64,000 nt of DNA, from assembly GCA_964019335.1 (NCBI GenBank), contig OZ025759.1, positions 124,001 to 188,000 on the forward strand. Direction: 5' to 3'. The stretch comes from Diplonema japonicum. Its lineage: Eukaryota; Protista; Euglenozoa: Diplonemea. The translations under genes were made by a program, and so were the position numbers. Every line of letters starts with the position of its first letter. Position 1 is the first letter of the stretch. The notes under the pieces are model-generated. The model was not told the DNA's origin. It made no database searches and saw only the letters and a list, made by a program, of their open reading frames with translations. This document shows, one piece after another, positions 1-11,353 of this stretch.

Positions 1-1012
1 ATCCTCTTGGGAAAAAAGAATTTTTTTTTCCCCTTCTTTCTGTGGTTCCCCCAGAAAAAAAAAAAAGAAAAAAAAAGAAAAAAAAAAAAAAAAACTCCTA
101 ACTGTGTCATGATTTATTGGTGTAACTTCCATGTTGTTCAAGCCCACTCTATCAGATTTCCTTTTTTTTTTTTTTTTTTTTTTGGGACCAGCAAGCTAAC
201 TTTTTAACCCACAAAAGAAGAATCAGCATGCACCCCACCCCACCCCCCAGATTAAGAAGCTCCGAAAAGAGAGAAAAAGAAACTTAGCGTCCTGTGCCCA
301 ATGAAGGGAGGGGGCTGCTTTTCCTGCAAGGGAAAAAAAAGTTAACAAGAGAAACTCCCTCTTCCCCCCTTTTTTTTTCACCCATCCCCGTCTTTAATTT
401 TGCTCGCGTGGAAGAGTGAGAGAAAAAAAAAAGAAGAATAATAATAATAAAAAAAAAAAGAGCAAAAGGCAACTTGGTGCGTCAAGTGTGACAATTCGAG
501 AAAAAAAAAAGAAGAAAAAAAAGAGGAGAGGAATTCCAGAGAATCAAGGGACCGTGGGCACATGTAAGCAACCCCTACCAGCCACAGCAATACTTTTCCC
601 TTTTTTCTTTCTCTTCATTTCTTTTTTTGCTCCCCTGCCCCTGTCCCTCCCTTTTTATATTCCCGCAACTTACATATTGCCTTAGGTCTTTTCTGCGTTA
701 CAACACGCAAGAGAGGACGGGACACCAAAAGAAAAAAGAAGAAGAAAAAAGGAGGGGGGAAGACAAGGGGGGCGAAGAAGAAGAAGAAAGAAGAAACTGA
801 AAGTGTGTAGCTGGCTTGGTGTGGGGAAGTTTTTTTTTTATGTGACCCCCACCTCCAATCACTTGCCCTCACCCCCTCCCCCCCCTTTTTTTTTCTTCCT
901 CTTTGGTTTTTTTTTCTTTTTTTTTCTTTTTTGCACTGTGTGAATTTTTTTCATACCTGTGTGTTTTATGCGCACTCTTTGCAGTGTGTGTTTTTTTTTT
1001 CTTTGCCTTTCT

Positions 1013-3452
1013 ATGCCAAATGTATTGTTGGATGCGTGGGCGATGCTCTTCAACGCCATCGAGGTGACAGGGAAGTGGCCGAAGGCACTCCTGACGGCGT
1101 TGGTTACGCTGATCCCGAAGGGAGGCGAGAGGACTCCGCTCAACCACCGCCCCATCACAGTCACGAGTGCGGTCTACAGACTGTGGGCCTGTGCCAGGTT
1201 GCGTGATATATCGCCATGGCAAGAGAAATGGGCGGACGACTCGCAGCATGGTTTTCGACCACGTCACGGGACGGACAGCATCCTGATGGAGCTCAGCACG
1301 CAGCTGGAGACGGCGATGCTGACCAACACCCCTCTTAACGGCATAGCACTGGACTTCGTCAAGTGCTTCGACAGGGTGCCACAGAAAGTAGCGTTCGGGC
1401 TTATGCAAGACCTGGGTTTGCACCAGAGGATACTGACCCCGCTCAAAGCGATGTACGCAGGCCTCAAAAGACGTTTCCGCTTCCCTACTGGCGTGGGTTC
1501 CGAGTTCCACGTGACAAATGGAATTCTCCAAGGGTGTCCAATCTCCGTCATCCTGGTGAACGCTCTGGTGTCAGTGATGGTGAAGTGCGTGATTGCTGAG
1601 GTACCTGGCTCGCGATCGCTGTCGTACGCGGACGACGCGTACCTACTTGCGCGTTTGGTCGAGGTACTCAAGAGAGCGACCAACAAAACAATCGAGTTTT
1701 GCGAGCGGACAGGCATGCGCCTTAACGAAAACAAGTCACAAGCATTCTCGACGAAGGATGAGATCGGCCCTTGGTTGAAGTGCACAGGCTCATCGTTCAG
1801 AGTGACGAAGGGGATCAAGGCGCTTGGCGTGATCCTGAACATGAACGGGAAACATAGTTTGGACAAGCTACATTCCGCCGAAGGCCGTTTGTCCCGGCTT
1901 GGTGCATTGCCATTAAGCTTCGGGAACAAGGCGTCAATGCTGACGGGCACTGTGCTACCATCCTGTCTATACGGTACGACCTACGCTGCGCCGTCTGACA
2001 ACCAGCTGAAGAAGCTCTGTACAGCGACGGTGACTTCCCTGTGGGGACCGCGCTTCAGGATGAGATCCCCGATGGCTGTGCTCAATGTGCTGTTACCTGG
2101 ACACACAGCATATCCACAAGCGAAGATTGTTTACAACACGGTGAACTGCCTGGTGCGAGAAAGCCTCACCTCCCCACAACTGTGGCAGCGAGTCAATGAG
2201 ATTGTTACACTGTACCGGGAGCGAGAGGACGACGAGGAGAGGGGGCCGCTAGGGGTCTTGCTGAAGAGGTGGCTACCCTTCCTGAACAAGGGGTGGTCCT
2301 TCATTGAAGGTTTGCGCGCTCTGGTGCCCAGTGCGAGACGCCATGAAGTAAGACAGGCGATCAGACCGGCTGTTGCAAAGGAATTGATCCACGGCAGGTC
2401 GTCTTTTGCTGGAATGGAAGCGGGTGCATGTCCGTCCACGAACGCCTGGTGGAGGAAGCTCCAGTCACGGAGACCGCTGATATCGTACAGACTGCGGCGG
2501 ATCATCAGCGGTGCAGTGTTCACGGTACACCCTCGAGTGTGGGGGAAGCAATTGGATGAACGTGAGGGTGTGGAAAGCTCGTCTCTTGCGTGCGACGTCT
2601 GCGACCATCGATGCCAGACGACGACAGAAGTCACGGAGCACGCCCTATGGGAATGTGCACCAGCGAGAGCTGCCCTGACAAACGAAAGATATGGCGGGAT
2701 GACACGAAGTGACCTACCTGCAGTGACCGCCCTCCACGGGATCATTCCAAGGGGCGCAACGGGGGCTGCGAAGCAACAGGCGGCAGTCGTGCAACGATAC
2801 CTGTTGGATATCGTGTCAAGACGAGACGCCAGAGCGGCTGAACGGAGCACCAGAATCCTCACCACCAACCCGTGGGATGAGATCACAACGGGGAAGCAGC
2901 ACACTGTGCCCACAGTGGAGCTGTTGAAATCGAACGGAGCGTCGGGAAAGGTCCTAATGTTCTACATGAAGAGCGTCCTCAGGTGGCTGAAAAGCCTAAG
3001 ATGGTACGCAGGTAGGAAGTTGACGTCCGTCACGACGATGGAGCTCGCAGTAGACTATGAGCAGGCCACCCGGCAGTCCTTGGCTGGACCCCTCGACGAC
3101 CAGGACTGGCTCACAGAGAAGGCTGGAAGGATGCGATACATCTTAGGACGTATTCAGAAATGCACAGCAAAGAGTGGGAAGAATGCTTTCCCCGCCAACG
3201 CAAAGACAAGGGTACACACCCTTCGACATCTTGGGGGCCCGACGACACACGGCTACGACAGGAGACCACTCTTCTCCTCGAGCCAAACCGCCCCCTACCT
3301 AGCACGACTCCAAGCAATGTTTCTCGCCCAGATGCCGTCCATCTCATCGCGACAAACAGCCACCGCAGGCACCAGACAGCAACCGCAGAACGGTGACCGA
3401 TTAGTGTGAATTACTCCCTGAACGGTGAGCACCCACCCGCACACCGAAATTT
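1013..3452 (+). mobile_element. 5'-truncated non-LTR retrotransposon: reverse transcriptase, C-terminal Cys/His zinc knuckle, ~200 aa extension and short 3' UTR
   Basis: ORF 959..3409 has RT motifs LIPKGG..NHRPITV, QHGFRP, LDFVKCFDRV, GILQGCPIS and YADD, then CDVC..TEHALWEC. Coding-like sequence starts abruptly after a T-tract at ~1013. The 3' end is delimited by homology to a second copy at ~42748-43015. Confidence 0.93.
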
Positions 3453-3814
3453 ATCAAATTTTCTTTCTTTTTTTCTTTTTTTTTTTCTGTGAAGGTCTTC
3501 TCTAAATGCTTCCTCAGCGGGAACAAAATAGGGTACAGTAGTTTTTTTTTTTTTTTTTTTTTTAGACCTCAACTTTTTTTTGAAGAAGGTACAACTCATG
3601 TACTTCTTTTTTTTCTCTTGAGAAATTTGGGGCAACTTTTTGTACCCAAAAAAATTTGTTTTCCTTTTCTTTTTTTCTTTTTTCTTTTTTACGTCCCCAC
3701 GTCCCCCGTGCCCTCCTTTTTTTTTTTTTTTTCTTCAGTTCTGATACAACCGATGTGTACTTTCCCCTTTTACCCCTCAATCAAGCACAGACAGGTGGTG
3801 GGAGTGTGGACGTG

Positions 3815-6800
3815 ATGAGGGGCCACACCGTGCTGATCTCTGAGCAGGGCAACCGAGCCAAGAGGCCCGTACAGCTGTCCACCAACTACAGCAGCATAGA
3901 TGCCTTTGCGGCGGCAGTCATTCAGAAATTGAAACTGACGCAGCAAATAGGGGGTTTCTACACAAAAGGAGGTAAGAGTATTCTGAGCATTGCAAACCTG
4001 AAGGAACAAGCAAGCATCACTTTTGTGCTTGGCAGCGCACCTGGCAAACGGATGCGCATGAGGAGCAGGTCGCCCCTTCGGTCACAAGAGGATGAAGACA
4101 GAAGCATGCACGTGAGGAAGAACAACAAGGACAAGATAGGTCTCTTCACCCGGCACCACTCGCATTCGCACGCTGCGCCTGACAAGAAGCCTAAGTCAAA
4201 GAAGCTCACCGCTGCACAGCTCAAGCCGCGTTCCAAGTCGCCGCCTCCCCCGACAAAGTCTTCTGAGGTCTACGCACACCTGCAAAGCCATGCCTCTTCG
4301 CATGCCCCCTCCTCGCCCCAGACCCATGGCAGCACCATAGGCGACGAAGGGAACTCCCCGCCACTCTTCTCCGGCAGGAGGTCGGCACGCTCCGACCGCA
4401 CGCACTCCCAATCCCACCGTCCGCCGTCCTCCTACCGCTCCACATCTCCCTCCTCCGCCCGAGGAACCAGCAGGCGGAGGTCCCCCTCCCGGTCCCGATC
4501 CAAGTCACGCGCGACAAACCTCCTCGCCCTCTACCCCGAGTACCTCCCGTCGGCAGAGCTCGACGAAGGGATGCAGAACAGGACCCTCATCGAAGGTGTC
4601 CTGAACGTGACCAGCTGGTCGCACCAAGCAGCGTACGTGGAGATGCGGAACGGCACAATCAAGAACGACGAAGGGCGGCCCTGCGCACTGATGATCAACG
4701 ACCCCACGTCGTGTCAGCACTTCTGCCCCAGAAGGAATAGGGCCCTGCCTGGGGACACTGTGGTGGTGCAGTACGACAAAAGGTGCGTCTCGGACAGCAT
4801 GGCAGCAACCCTGCGGAAGGAACGTGACGGGAAGCCTGTGGTGCTGGGGACTGTTGTGGGTGTCACGAAGAAGAGTTTTGTGAACATCGTGTTCGGGATC
4901 CTTGGCGATGACGCGCGGATGGACCCCGAGGCAGTTGATGGGTATGGTGTGGTAGCACCACTGAACAGCTCGTACCCCAAGTTCCTCATCCCTGTACAGC
5001 AGCTCGAGAACTACGGCGCAAGGAGGAAGCTCACTGTCGCGCTGCAGGTGAAGGAGTGGCCTGTTACCCGCAGACTCCCCGTTGCCGACCTACTGGGGCC
5101 ACTAGGCGAAGCGACTACCACACCCTTCCTTGTGGAAGAGCGACTGGTGCTGGCCGAGCTGAACAGACAGCGGATCAACCACCAGGGCGTCGCCCCTGAT
5201 GCCCTCGAGGATGAGATACAAGGGGAGTTCCTGAACGAGTTGAGCGTGTCCACCATCAAGCTGCTGAATGACGTGGACAACGGCCTAGTGAAGGACCTGA
5301 GGGAGGTATGAAATGGAAGATAGGCAGCAACACACAACACACAGGACGTGAGGGCCTTCCTGTTGATGAAGGAAAATGAAACTGAAACCTCCACTGCGTT
5401 CTCTTGCATGAAGACCGAGTATGTCACCATGCCTCAAGTACACAAACAGGGATGGACACCGGGTGGGCGTGCACGTGGTGGATGTGGGGTCGCTTGTGAG
5501 GGAGGGGAGCAAACTGGATGAGAAACTGAGGACAAACCTGCGCACTCTGCCTCTGCCGCACATCGTTCACCAGATGATGCCTGGGATAGCACAGGTATGT
5601 GGGGGCACACAAAAGTACACCACGACAGGCGCGACTGTCACTGCAACCTGGCATCACACGAAGGTGCTTCAGTGTGATGTGGACTGTGACCGACGAGCAG
5701 GAGGTGGCTGACATATGGGCGGGGCAGACAGTGGTTGCCGTGAGGTGCTCGCTGAGCAGCAGTGACTTCGACGGCGTGGTGAAGGGCTGCCCGCACCTGC
5801 CCGTGCCCATCTCGGGACACACGGAGTACGACAACCCCGTCACCATGTTGGAAGACATTAAAGCGCTCATTGACATTGCGGGGGCACCTGGGAAAAGGCT
5901 GCGGAAGGCGCCACACCCGTACCTGAGGCGGCTGTACAGAGCGGCCGTAGGGACCGCCAGCCCGAGCGGGATGGACGCGCTGGAAGACCTTAGCTTCATT
6001 TCCTCGCTGCCAACACCAAAAATCGAGCTCACAAGGGAAGTGTTGGAACGGGCGGCGAACACGCACGTGCTCAGCTTCATGCGTCCCATCGCACCGGAGG
6101 GGATTCTCCCGCGGCAGGCGATAGCTCACCAGCTGCACGTGTTCGGGACATCGAAGGACCTTCCTATCGGGGTTGACCTGTTCGCGCCCAACGTGGACTC
6201 CCCCTCCCACCTGCCAACCGCGCATTGGTCCTCATCTCATTTATCCTCGTACCTGCGTGACTGGGTCGTCACAAAACCTGACAGCACGTCGCTCACATCG
6301 CCTTTTGATAGGTATGTTGATGTGGTTGTGCTGCGGCTGCTTGTGAGGCTTATCAACAACGCGAAAAGCGAGGAGGGCGAGGCGACCGAGGGTGGGATCA
6401 CGGTGACGGTGCCCGCAGCAGAGAAGGGCATGGGGAGGTGGAAGCCGACGAATCTGAACAGCCTTCTAGCTGAGGTATTGTAAAGGGGAAACACAACATA
6501 ACAAAAAAAAAAAAAAAAAAAAAAAAAAAGGACGCGCGGCAAGCAATTCTGGGACACCATGCCTATGAGCGGATCCTGGACGTGATGAAGAGGATGTGCT
6601 TGGAACAGGCGAAGGGGAGATACTTAAGGGTGCATGCTATATTTGCAGGGATGACGCCCAGTGGGGAGATTGGGTTGTGGGTACCTGACTGGGGGTTGTT
6701 TAAGTGGACAGGACTGGCAGCACAGGGTATGAGAAATAAGAGGGCGGGGAGAAAACAAATCAAACAGATGGGTGGCATGCAGAGATCCCCCATGCATTCT

Positions 6801-7060
6801 ACGAGGGGCAGGGCGCACCTTCGGTGTCGTTCTACTGCCCAAGCACGCACAAGCGCACTCTTGTAACGCCTGGGGACCCTCTCTATGCAACCTTCCACCC
6901 TAAGAATACGCTGTCACTGGTCATTGGGATGGACATCCGCATCGCTCCGGGGTCCATGAACCCAGAGAGGGCTTCTGCTGTGGCGCTCGGTAGCCCCATA
7001 TCGACTCGTCTACCTTTTGACAGTCCGTTCCCGGTCACCCCCCCTCTTGGATTGTTTTAA
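3815..7060 (+). CDS. RNase II/RNB-family (Dis3L2-like) protein, probably catalytically inactive; 6 exons (3815-5305, 5345-5418, 5450-5594, 5629-6474, 6531-6726, 6768-7060), ~1014 aa
   Basis: Cold-shock/OB motifs RNRALPGDTVVV and WPVTRRLP..LGPLGE. RNB motifs DLRE, VGVHVVDV, LSLQPG..RRCFSVMW and TSPFDRYVDVVVLRL. Five GT-AG introns (39, 31, 34, 56, 41 nt) join the ORF pieces in frame. Confidence 0.85.
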
Positions 7061-7651
7061 GTGTAGTGTGTTTATTTTTATTTTTTTTTTTTGTTCTGTA
7101 ACACTTGTACTGTATCCCCTGCTTTCTTTTTTTTTTTCTTTTTTTCCGGTAGTTTGATCTTTTTTTTTTTTTTCTCCCGTTGGTGGGAGGAAAGAGAGGG
7201 GGTGGAGGGGGAGAAAGAGAGATTTCTATTATTTTCTAAAAGGAAAAAAAAAAGGAAAACGGAGGGGGGGGGGGATAAGAGACGTCAGGACGCGTGCCCT
7301 ATATAGAGCGTACCCCTATTAAGGTTCTCTTTTAGGTTGCCATTGTTATATTTTTTTTTTTTCCCCCCCATTCTCTCTGCCCTCTCAATTCTATTAACCC
7401 CATACATGTATTTTAAAAAAAAAAAAAGAGGGAAAAGAAAAGGGGAAGGAGAATGGAAAAGAAAACCAAAAAAAAAAAAAAATGGGGGGGTATTTCTTTA
7501 TTCTTCTTTTTTTTTCCCGCCTTTTTGTTTTCTCTCTTTTTCTTCCGCGGTGGGGTGCTAACAGTTCTCCCCCATCATAGTGAACCATTCTTCTTTTTCC
7601 CTCCATATACGAATTTAAACACATAAAAGCAGCTTAGCTGAGGGAGGGGAA

Positions 7652-8617
7652 ATGAAAAATGAAATAGACTGTGATTTTCAAGTAACGGACGAAGAAGAAG
7701 AGGAACAAGAAGAACGGCAACGCCAATGGTGGGCGGCGCTCCCACCTGAGGTCTTAGATGTAGGTGCAGCCATGGAAAGAGACGTTCAAAACGGGGAAGC
7801 GGGCCGGATTTCTGAAATTTTGGCCGAGGGCAGAGTCGGGAATAAATCGAAAAAGGCTTTGAGAAAAGAACGAAAGGCCGAACAGAGGGTGGCGAAAAAG
7901 GAGAAAAAAGAAAAGCGAAAGGCAGAGAACGCTCTCAAGAGAGCTGCCCGCGAACCCCCCGCGAAAAAACTAAAGAAAAACAAAGGGAGTTGGGACAACT
8001 CACACTATGAGGGCTACAACTACAACAGCTACAACCCCTACAACAACTCCTACCAGCCTTCGTGGGGGAACAATAGCCAAACCGCACAGCAGCCAAACTC
8101 TCTTGGGTTGGTTCAAAACCTTCTGCCGATTGCAACGGCGCTGTCGGCCTTGGGCACGTTGGCACAGGTCAACAGGACCTACAACTCTAACCAAGGTGGG
8201 CAGTGGGGGAAGCAGCAGGCTTGGGGAAACACACACTGGCAGCAACAACTACAACAGCCCCGGAGTCACAAAAACAATATGGTGTGGACCAACGGTTATA
8301 AAGGCGATGCTGGCATGGTTCAGCAACAACAACAACAACAACAACAACTGCTACAACAGCAGCAGCAACAACTGCCACAACAGCAGCAGCAACCACCGCC
8401 ACAACAGGAACAGCAACAACTGCCACAACAGCAAATTATTCCCCTGACTAACTACCCCGATGCTGTGGCCATGCCGGTGTATAGGAAAAAGAGGAAGACC
8501 CCTGTGGTGCCGCATGTGGCCACCGCCCCTCCTGTTGTGACGGAGGCTGTTCCCATGGAGCGCAAGGCTCCTGTTGTTGTCATGACTGATGCCGATTTCG
8601 ACCCCAATGAAATCTGA
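7652..8617 (+). CDS. Hypothetical low-complexity protein (Lys/Glu-rich N-terminus, N/Y/Q-rich prion-like middle, polyQ)
   Basis: 321-aa ATG-initiated ORF on the gene-bearing strand; CAA/CAG tract at ~8321-8433. Confidence 0.7.
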   Translation: MKNEIDCDFQVTDEEEEEQEERQRQWWAALPPEVLDVGAAMERDVQNGEAGRISEILAEGRVGNKSKKALRKERKAEQRVAKKEKKEKRKAENALKRAAREPPAKKLKKNKGSWDNSHYEGYNYNSYNPYNNSYQPSWGNNSQTAQQPNSLGLVQNLLPIATALSALGTLAQVNRTYNSNQGGQWGKQQAWGNTHWQQQLQQPRSHKNNMVWTNGYKGDAGMVQQQQQQQQQLLQQQQQQLPQQQQQPPPQQEQQQLPQQQIIPLTNYPDAVAMPVYRKKRKTPVVPHVATAPPVVTEAVPMERKAPVVVMTDADFDPNEI

Positions 8618-8899
8618 TCGTTCTGCGGCAACAGGGGCACACATATAAAAGACCCCCCTCGTCAGAGGGTGGGGCGGGGTGGGGTGGGGGGAGTACTTTA
8701 TCATAATTAATATTCGGTTTCAACGTGACAGAGGGAGGGGAGGGAGGGGTGGGGGTCAGATTAGCTAGATCGAAAGAGAAGAAGAAAAATGGGTTAGTTC
8801 CCCCATTGATCCCCCTCTACCTGGGTGCGACCTCAGGTTTTTTGAAATCAGTTTTCCTTTTTTTTTCCTTCCCCCCCCCCCCCCCCCCCCCCCCCCCCA

Positions 8900-9245
8900 G
8901 AGACAGCAAGACCTTTAGCCGCCGGGTGTAGGTGCGTAACGACACCTCCCCTTAAGCGAGTCACGTCTGAGAGGTCAGTGCCAGGGTGACGGGTGCTCGG
9001 CGGGGAGACAAGAATAAGGCAAACCTTGTCCGGCTGTAATAAGCGGGCTGAGCACTATCACCTGGGCACAGGCAGACCTTTCAAAACAGGGGTGACATGG
9101 ATCGCATTTGGCTTCGGCAAAAGAAACAGATGCCCCCCTCCCCACCCCCACCCACCGCCCTACCGCGAGGAAACGGGGTCCAGGCACGCCATGTCTGAGA
9201 GGTGGCCGCACAGGTTAAAAGCTCACTCCAATGTGTCGTTTGTCT
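8900..9245 (+). ncRNA. Candidate structured non-coding RNA or cis-element of unknown class
   Basis: Nested helices 8968-8976/9075-9083, 8978-8989/9058-9069, 8992-9001/9047-9056 and 9007-9012/9025-9030. Also a cUUCGg loop at 9112-9117 and ccGCGAgg at 9163-9170. G-U pairs favour the + strand. Confidence 0.5.
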
Positions 9246-9647
9246 ACAAACCCCCCCACCCCACCCCACCCCATGGAGCCGACTGTGGTGGTCGTACTGA
9301 GCGCAATTTGACTTGTGTCACCTTGACGGTAAAAGATCGAGTTTTTTTTTCTTATTATCTCGTTCTTTTTCTTGCTTGCCGCTGAGGAAACGAGACTGAT
9401 AGTAAAAATAAAATAAAAAATAAATAAAAGGACGTGGCGTCAAGGGTTTTATTTTTTGGTCCCCACCCTCCCCCTTATTTTCCTCTTCCCCTCTCCCCTC
9501 CCCTCCCCTTTCTTTCCCCCTCTTTTATTTATTTATTCCTTCTTTTTTCTGGCGTATTTTTTTTTTCTCTTTTTTTCTCCCCCCTCACAAAACTCATATC
9601 AGGAGGGCCTTGGTGGGCAGAAGAAGACAAAAAAAAAAAAGAAAAAG

Positions 9648-9965
9648 ATGTTAGGAAGCCGGCAAACGTTTAGGTTTGCCCGTCGTGCTGCGACGACGTT
9701 GGGTAGAAACCCCCAGATGATGAACAAGAATGTAGCAGGCGGGTACTTCATGCAAAACTGCTTTATGAGTACTACCCCGGTGAACCTGAGCCAGAGGACC
9801 GCTGCCCTCTGCCAAAGTGGCATGGAGGCTTTGTCCGAGAGTGAGTCGGCTGTGGACCCTTCTGATGCGCTCAGCTCTTTCGTGCTCTCCAACCTTTGTG
9901 TGTTGACTACGACTAATGTGGCATTGGACCCAAAGATGACAAGGGAACAAATTAGACGATTTTAA
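9648..9965 (+). CDS. Small hypothetical protein (105 aa) with probable mitochondrial presequence
   Basis: ATG at 9648 starts MLGSRQTFRFARRAATT (Arg-rich, no acidic residues). It is a complex-sequence island between homopolymer tracts. Confidence 0.65.
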   Translation: MLGSRQTFRFARRAATTLGRNPQMMNKNVAGGYFMQNCFMSTTPVNLSQRTAALCQSGMEALSESESAVDPSDALSSFVLSNLCVLTTTNVALDPKMTREQIRRF

Positions 9966-10351
9966 AAAAAAAAAAAAAAAAAAAGAAAGAAAAAAAAAAA
10001 AAAGACTTCTTCTCTTTTTTTTTTTTTTTTCTCATTCCGCTGCTGCTTAGCCGGCAGAACATCCCCCCCCTTCCCTTATGCAAGCGATCTCTAATGAGCA
10101 CTCCATAAGTTTTCTCTTTTAAAAAAAAGAGTGTCCCCCCCCCTCCCCCACCCCACCCAACCACATGGAATAGACAACGAAATTAAGAGAAGCGAAAGCC
10201 CCATCAATAACCCCCTTTTTCACATTTTTTTTGTTGTAAAGTACAAGGAAGTACAACGACAAACGAGAGGGGGTAATAAATAAATTAAAAAAAAAAAACC
10301 CCCCGAAAGAAGGAGGGAGGGGGGGAAATTCAAAACCCAAGAAAAAAAAAA

Positions 10352-11353
10352 ATGGAAGTAAACTACGATGCCACTGTGTACTTCCTTTACAAGAAGCACA
10401 ATGGCGACATGAGGAGCGTGGCGCACTCCTTCAGATCGTTCATGAAATTTGCGAACACCCTTGGCGGGGAGGAGGCGGCGAGGCTAGGCCACGTCGATGA
10501 GTTCTACTACACCGAAGAGGTCCTGGAGCAGCGTGTCGCGTACTACGAGTGGAAGCTGCGCAGCAAAAGGGAGAAGAAGAAAAAAACATACGAGAAGGAC
10601 ACCGTGTTCGGGGGGCTGGCGATCCCCAGCGGGCACAACATCCTCAAGGGCACCCTAGACAGCCGCATGGAAGAAATCGCAGACGAGGTAAGAAAACAAC
10701 TCCCAAGCATCGGGATGAACGACGAGGATGACGCCTCCTCTGATGAAAGCCTGCCAGAAGTTTTTTTTTCCGGGATAGACTGGGATAAGGTGAAACTGCC
10801 TGGAGACGAAGGCTTCTCATGGGACGCTCAGCCCACGATCCCAGAGACGCAAACAGTGCGTCCCACGCCTCATCAAAACCTTGCGAAAACTGTGCTTCCT
10901 CGTGAGACGCTGCTTCCGCCATCTACCATCACTGCTGATATTGATACGCTCAACTCTGACTTTGCGTCGTTGCGTGCAGGCGACATGTCGAGCTTGAAAC
11001 GTGCCCTGAACCCTAACCGTCCCCCTCGGCCTTCGCAGTGTTCCTATGATGTGAATGGGGACCCCATCACTGGTATCAACCCTGCACCCGCGCTCCCCGA
11101 CACCGACGCCGCTGAACTGTTCACAGATTTTATGAAGAAAACGGTCGCTCCTTCCAAGCTTGAAGCAGGGTCACCTCCGTCGTCTTCCCGCAGCAACAGG
11201 TGGACCATCATAGAGCACAGCGATTCCAGTAGTGACGAAGACCCAAACCCTGTCAGAACAAGCGGTGTTGGTAAAGGTAAAGGTAAAGGTAAAGGTGGCA
11301 AGGGTAGTAAGGGCGGGTGCGTTGGCGGGCATAGAGGCGCCAACCATCCGTGA
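10352..11353 (+). CDS. Hypothetical protein (333 aa)
   Basis: ATG-initiated ORF with coding-like composition and a GK-repeat near the C-terminus; no family recognised. Confidence 0.75.
   Translation: MEVNYDATVYFLYKKHNGDMRSVAHSFRSFMKFANTLGGEEAARLGHVDEFYYTEEVLEQRVAYYEWKLRSKREKKKKTYEKDTVFGGLAIPSGHNILKGTLDSRMEEIADEVRKQLPSIGMNDEDDASSDESLPEVFFSGIDWDKVKLPGDEGFSWDAQPTIPETQTVRPTPHQNLAKTVLPRETLLPPSTITADIDTLNSDFASLRAGDMSSLKRALNPNRPPRPSQCSYDVNGDPITGINPAPALPDTDAAELFTDFMKKTVAPSKLEAGSPPSSSRSNRWTIIEHSDSSSDEDPNPVRTSGVGKGKGKGKGGKGSKGGCVGGHRGANHP

Noticed and set aside
938-946. GTGTGAATT upstream of the retroelement, also at 3404-3412, as a target-site duplication
   Set aside because: The downstream copy is internal to the element (also present in the 42.9-kb copy) and the upstream one is ~65 bp from the junction.
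5300-6830. Apparent frameshifts and stops suggesting pseudogenes, recoding or an alternative genetic code
   Set aside because: Every break here, and in the other split host genes, is resolved by a short GT-AG intron. TAA, TAG and TGA all act as normal terminal stops.
8918-9070. SRP (7SL) RNA, TPP riboswitch or group II intron identity for the structured element
   Set aside because: No helix-8 AGG..GNRA..AGCAG motif, no TPP CUGAU..UAAU..GCG.AGG arrangement, and GAGCCG at ~9276 does not form domain V.
9165-9206. Hammerhead-like words GAAAC..GTC..CTGAGA
   Set aside because: The core is CUGAGA, not CUGANGA, and stem I cannot form in the required register.
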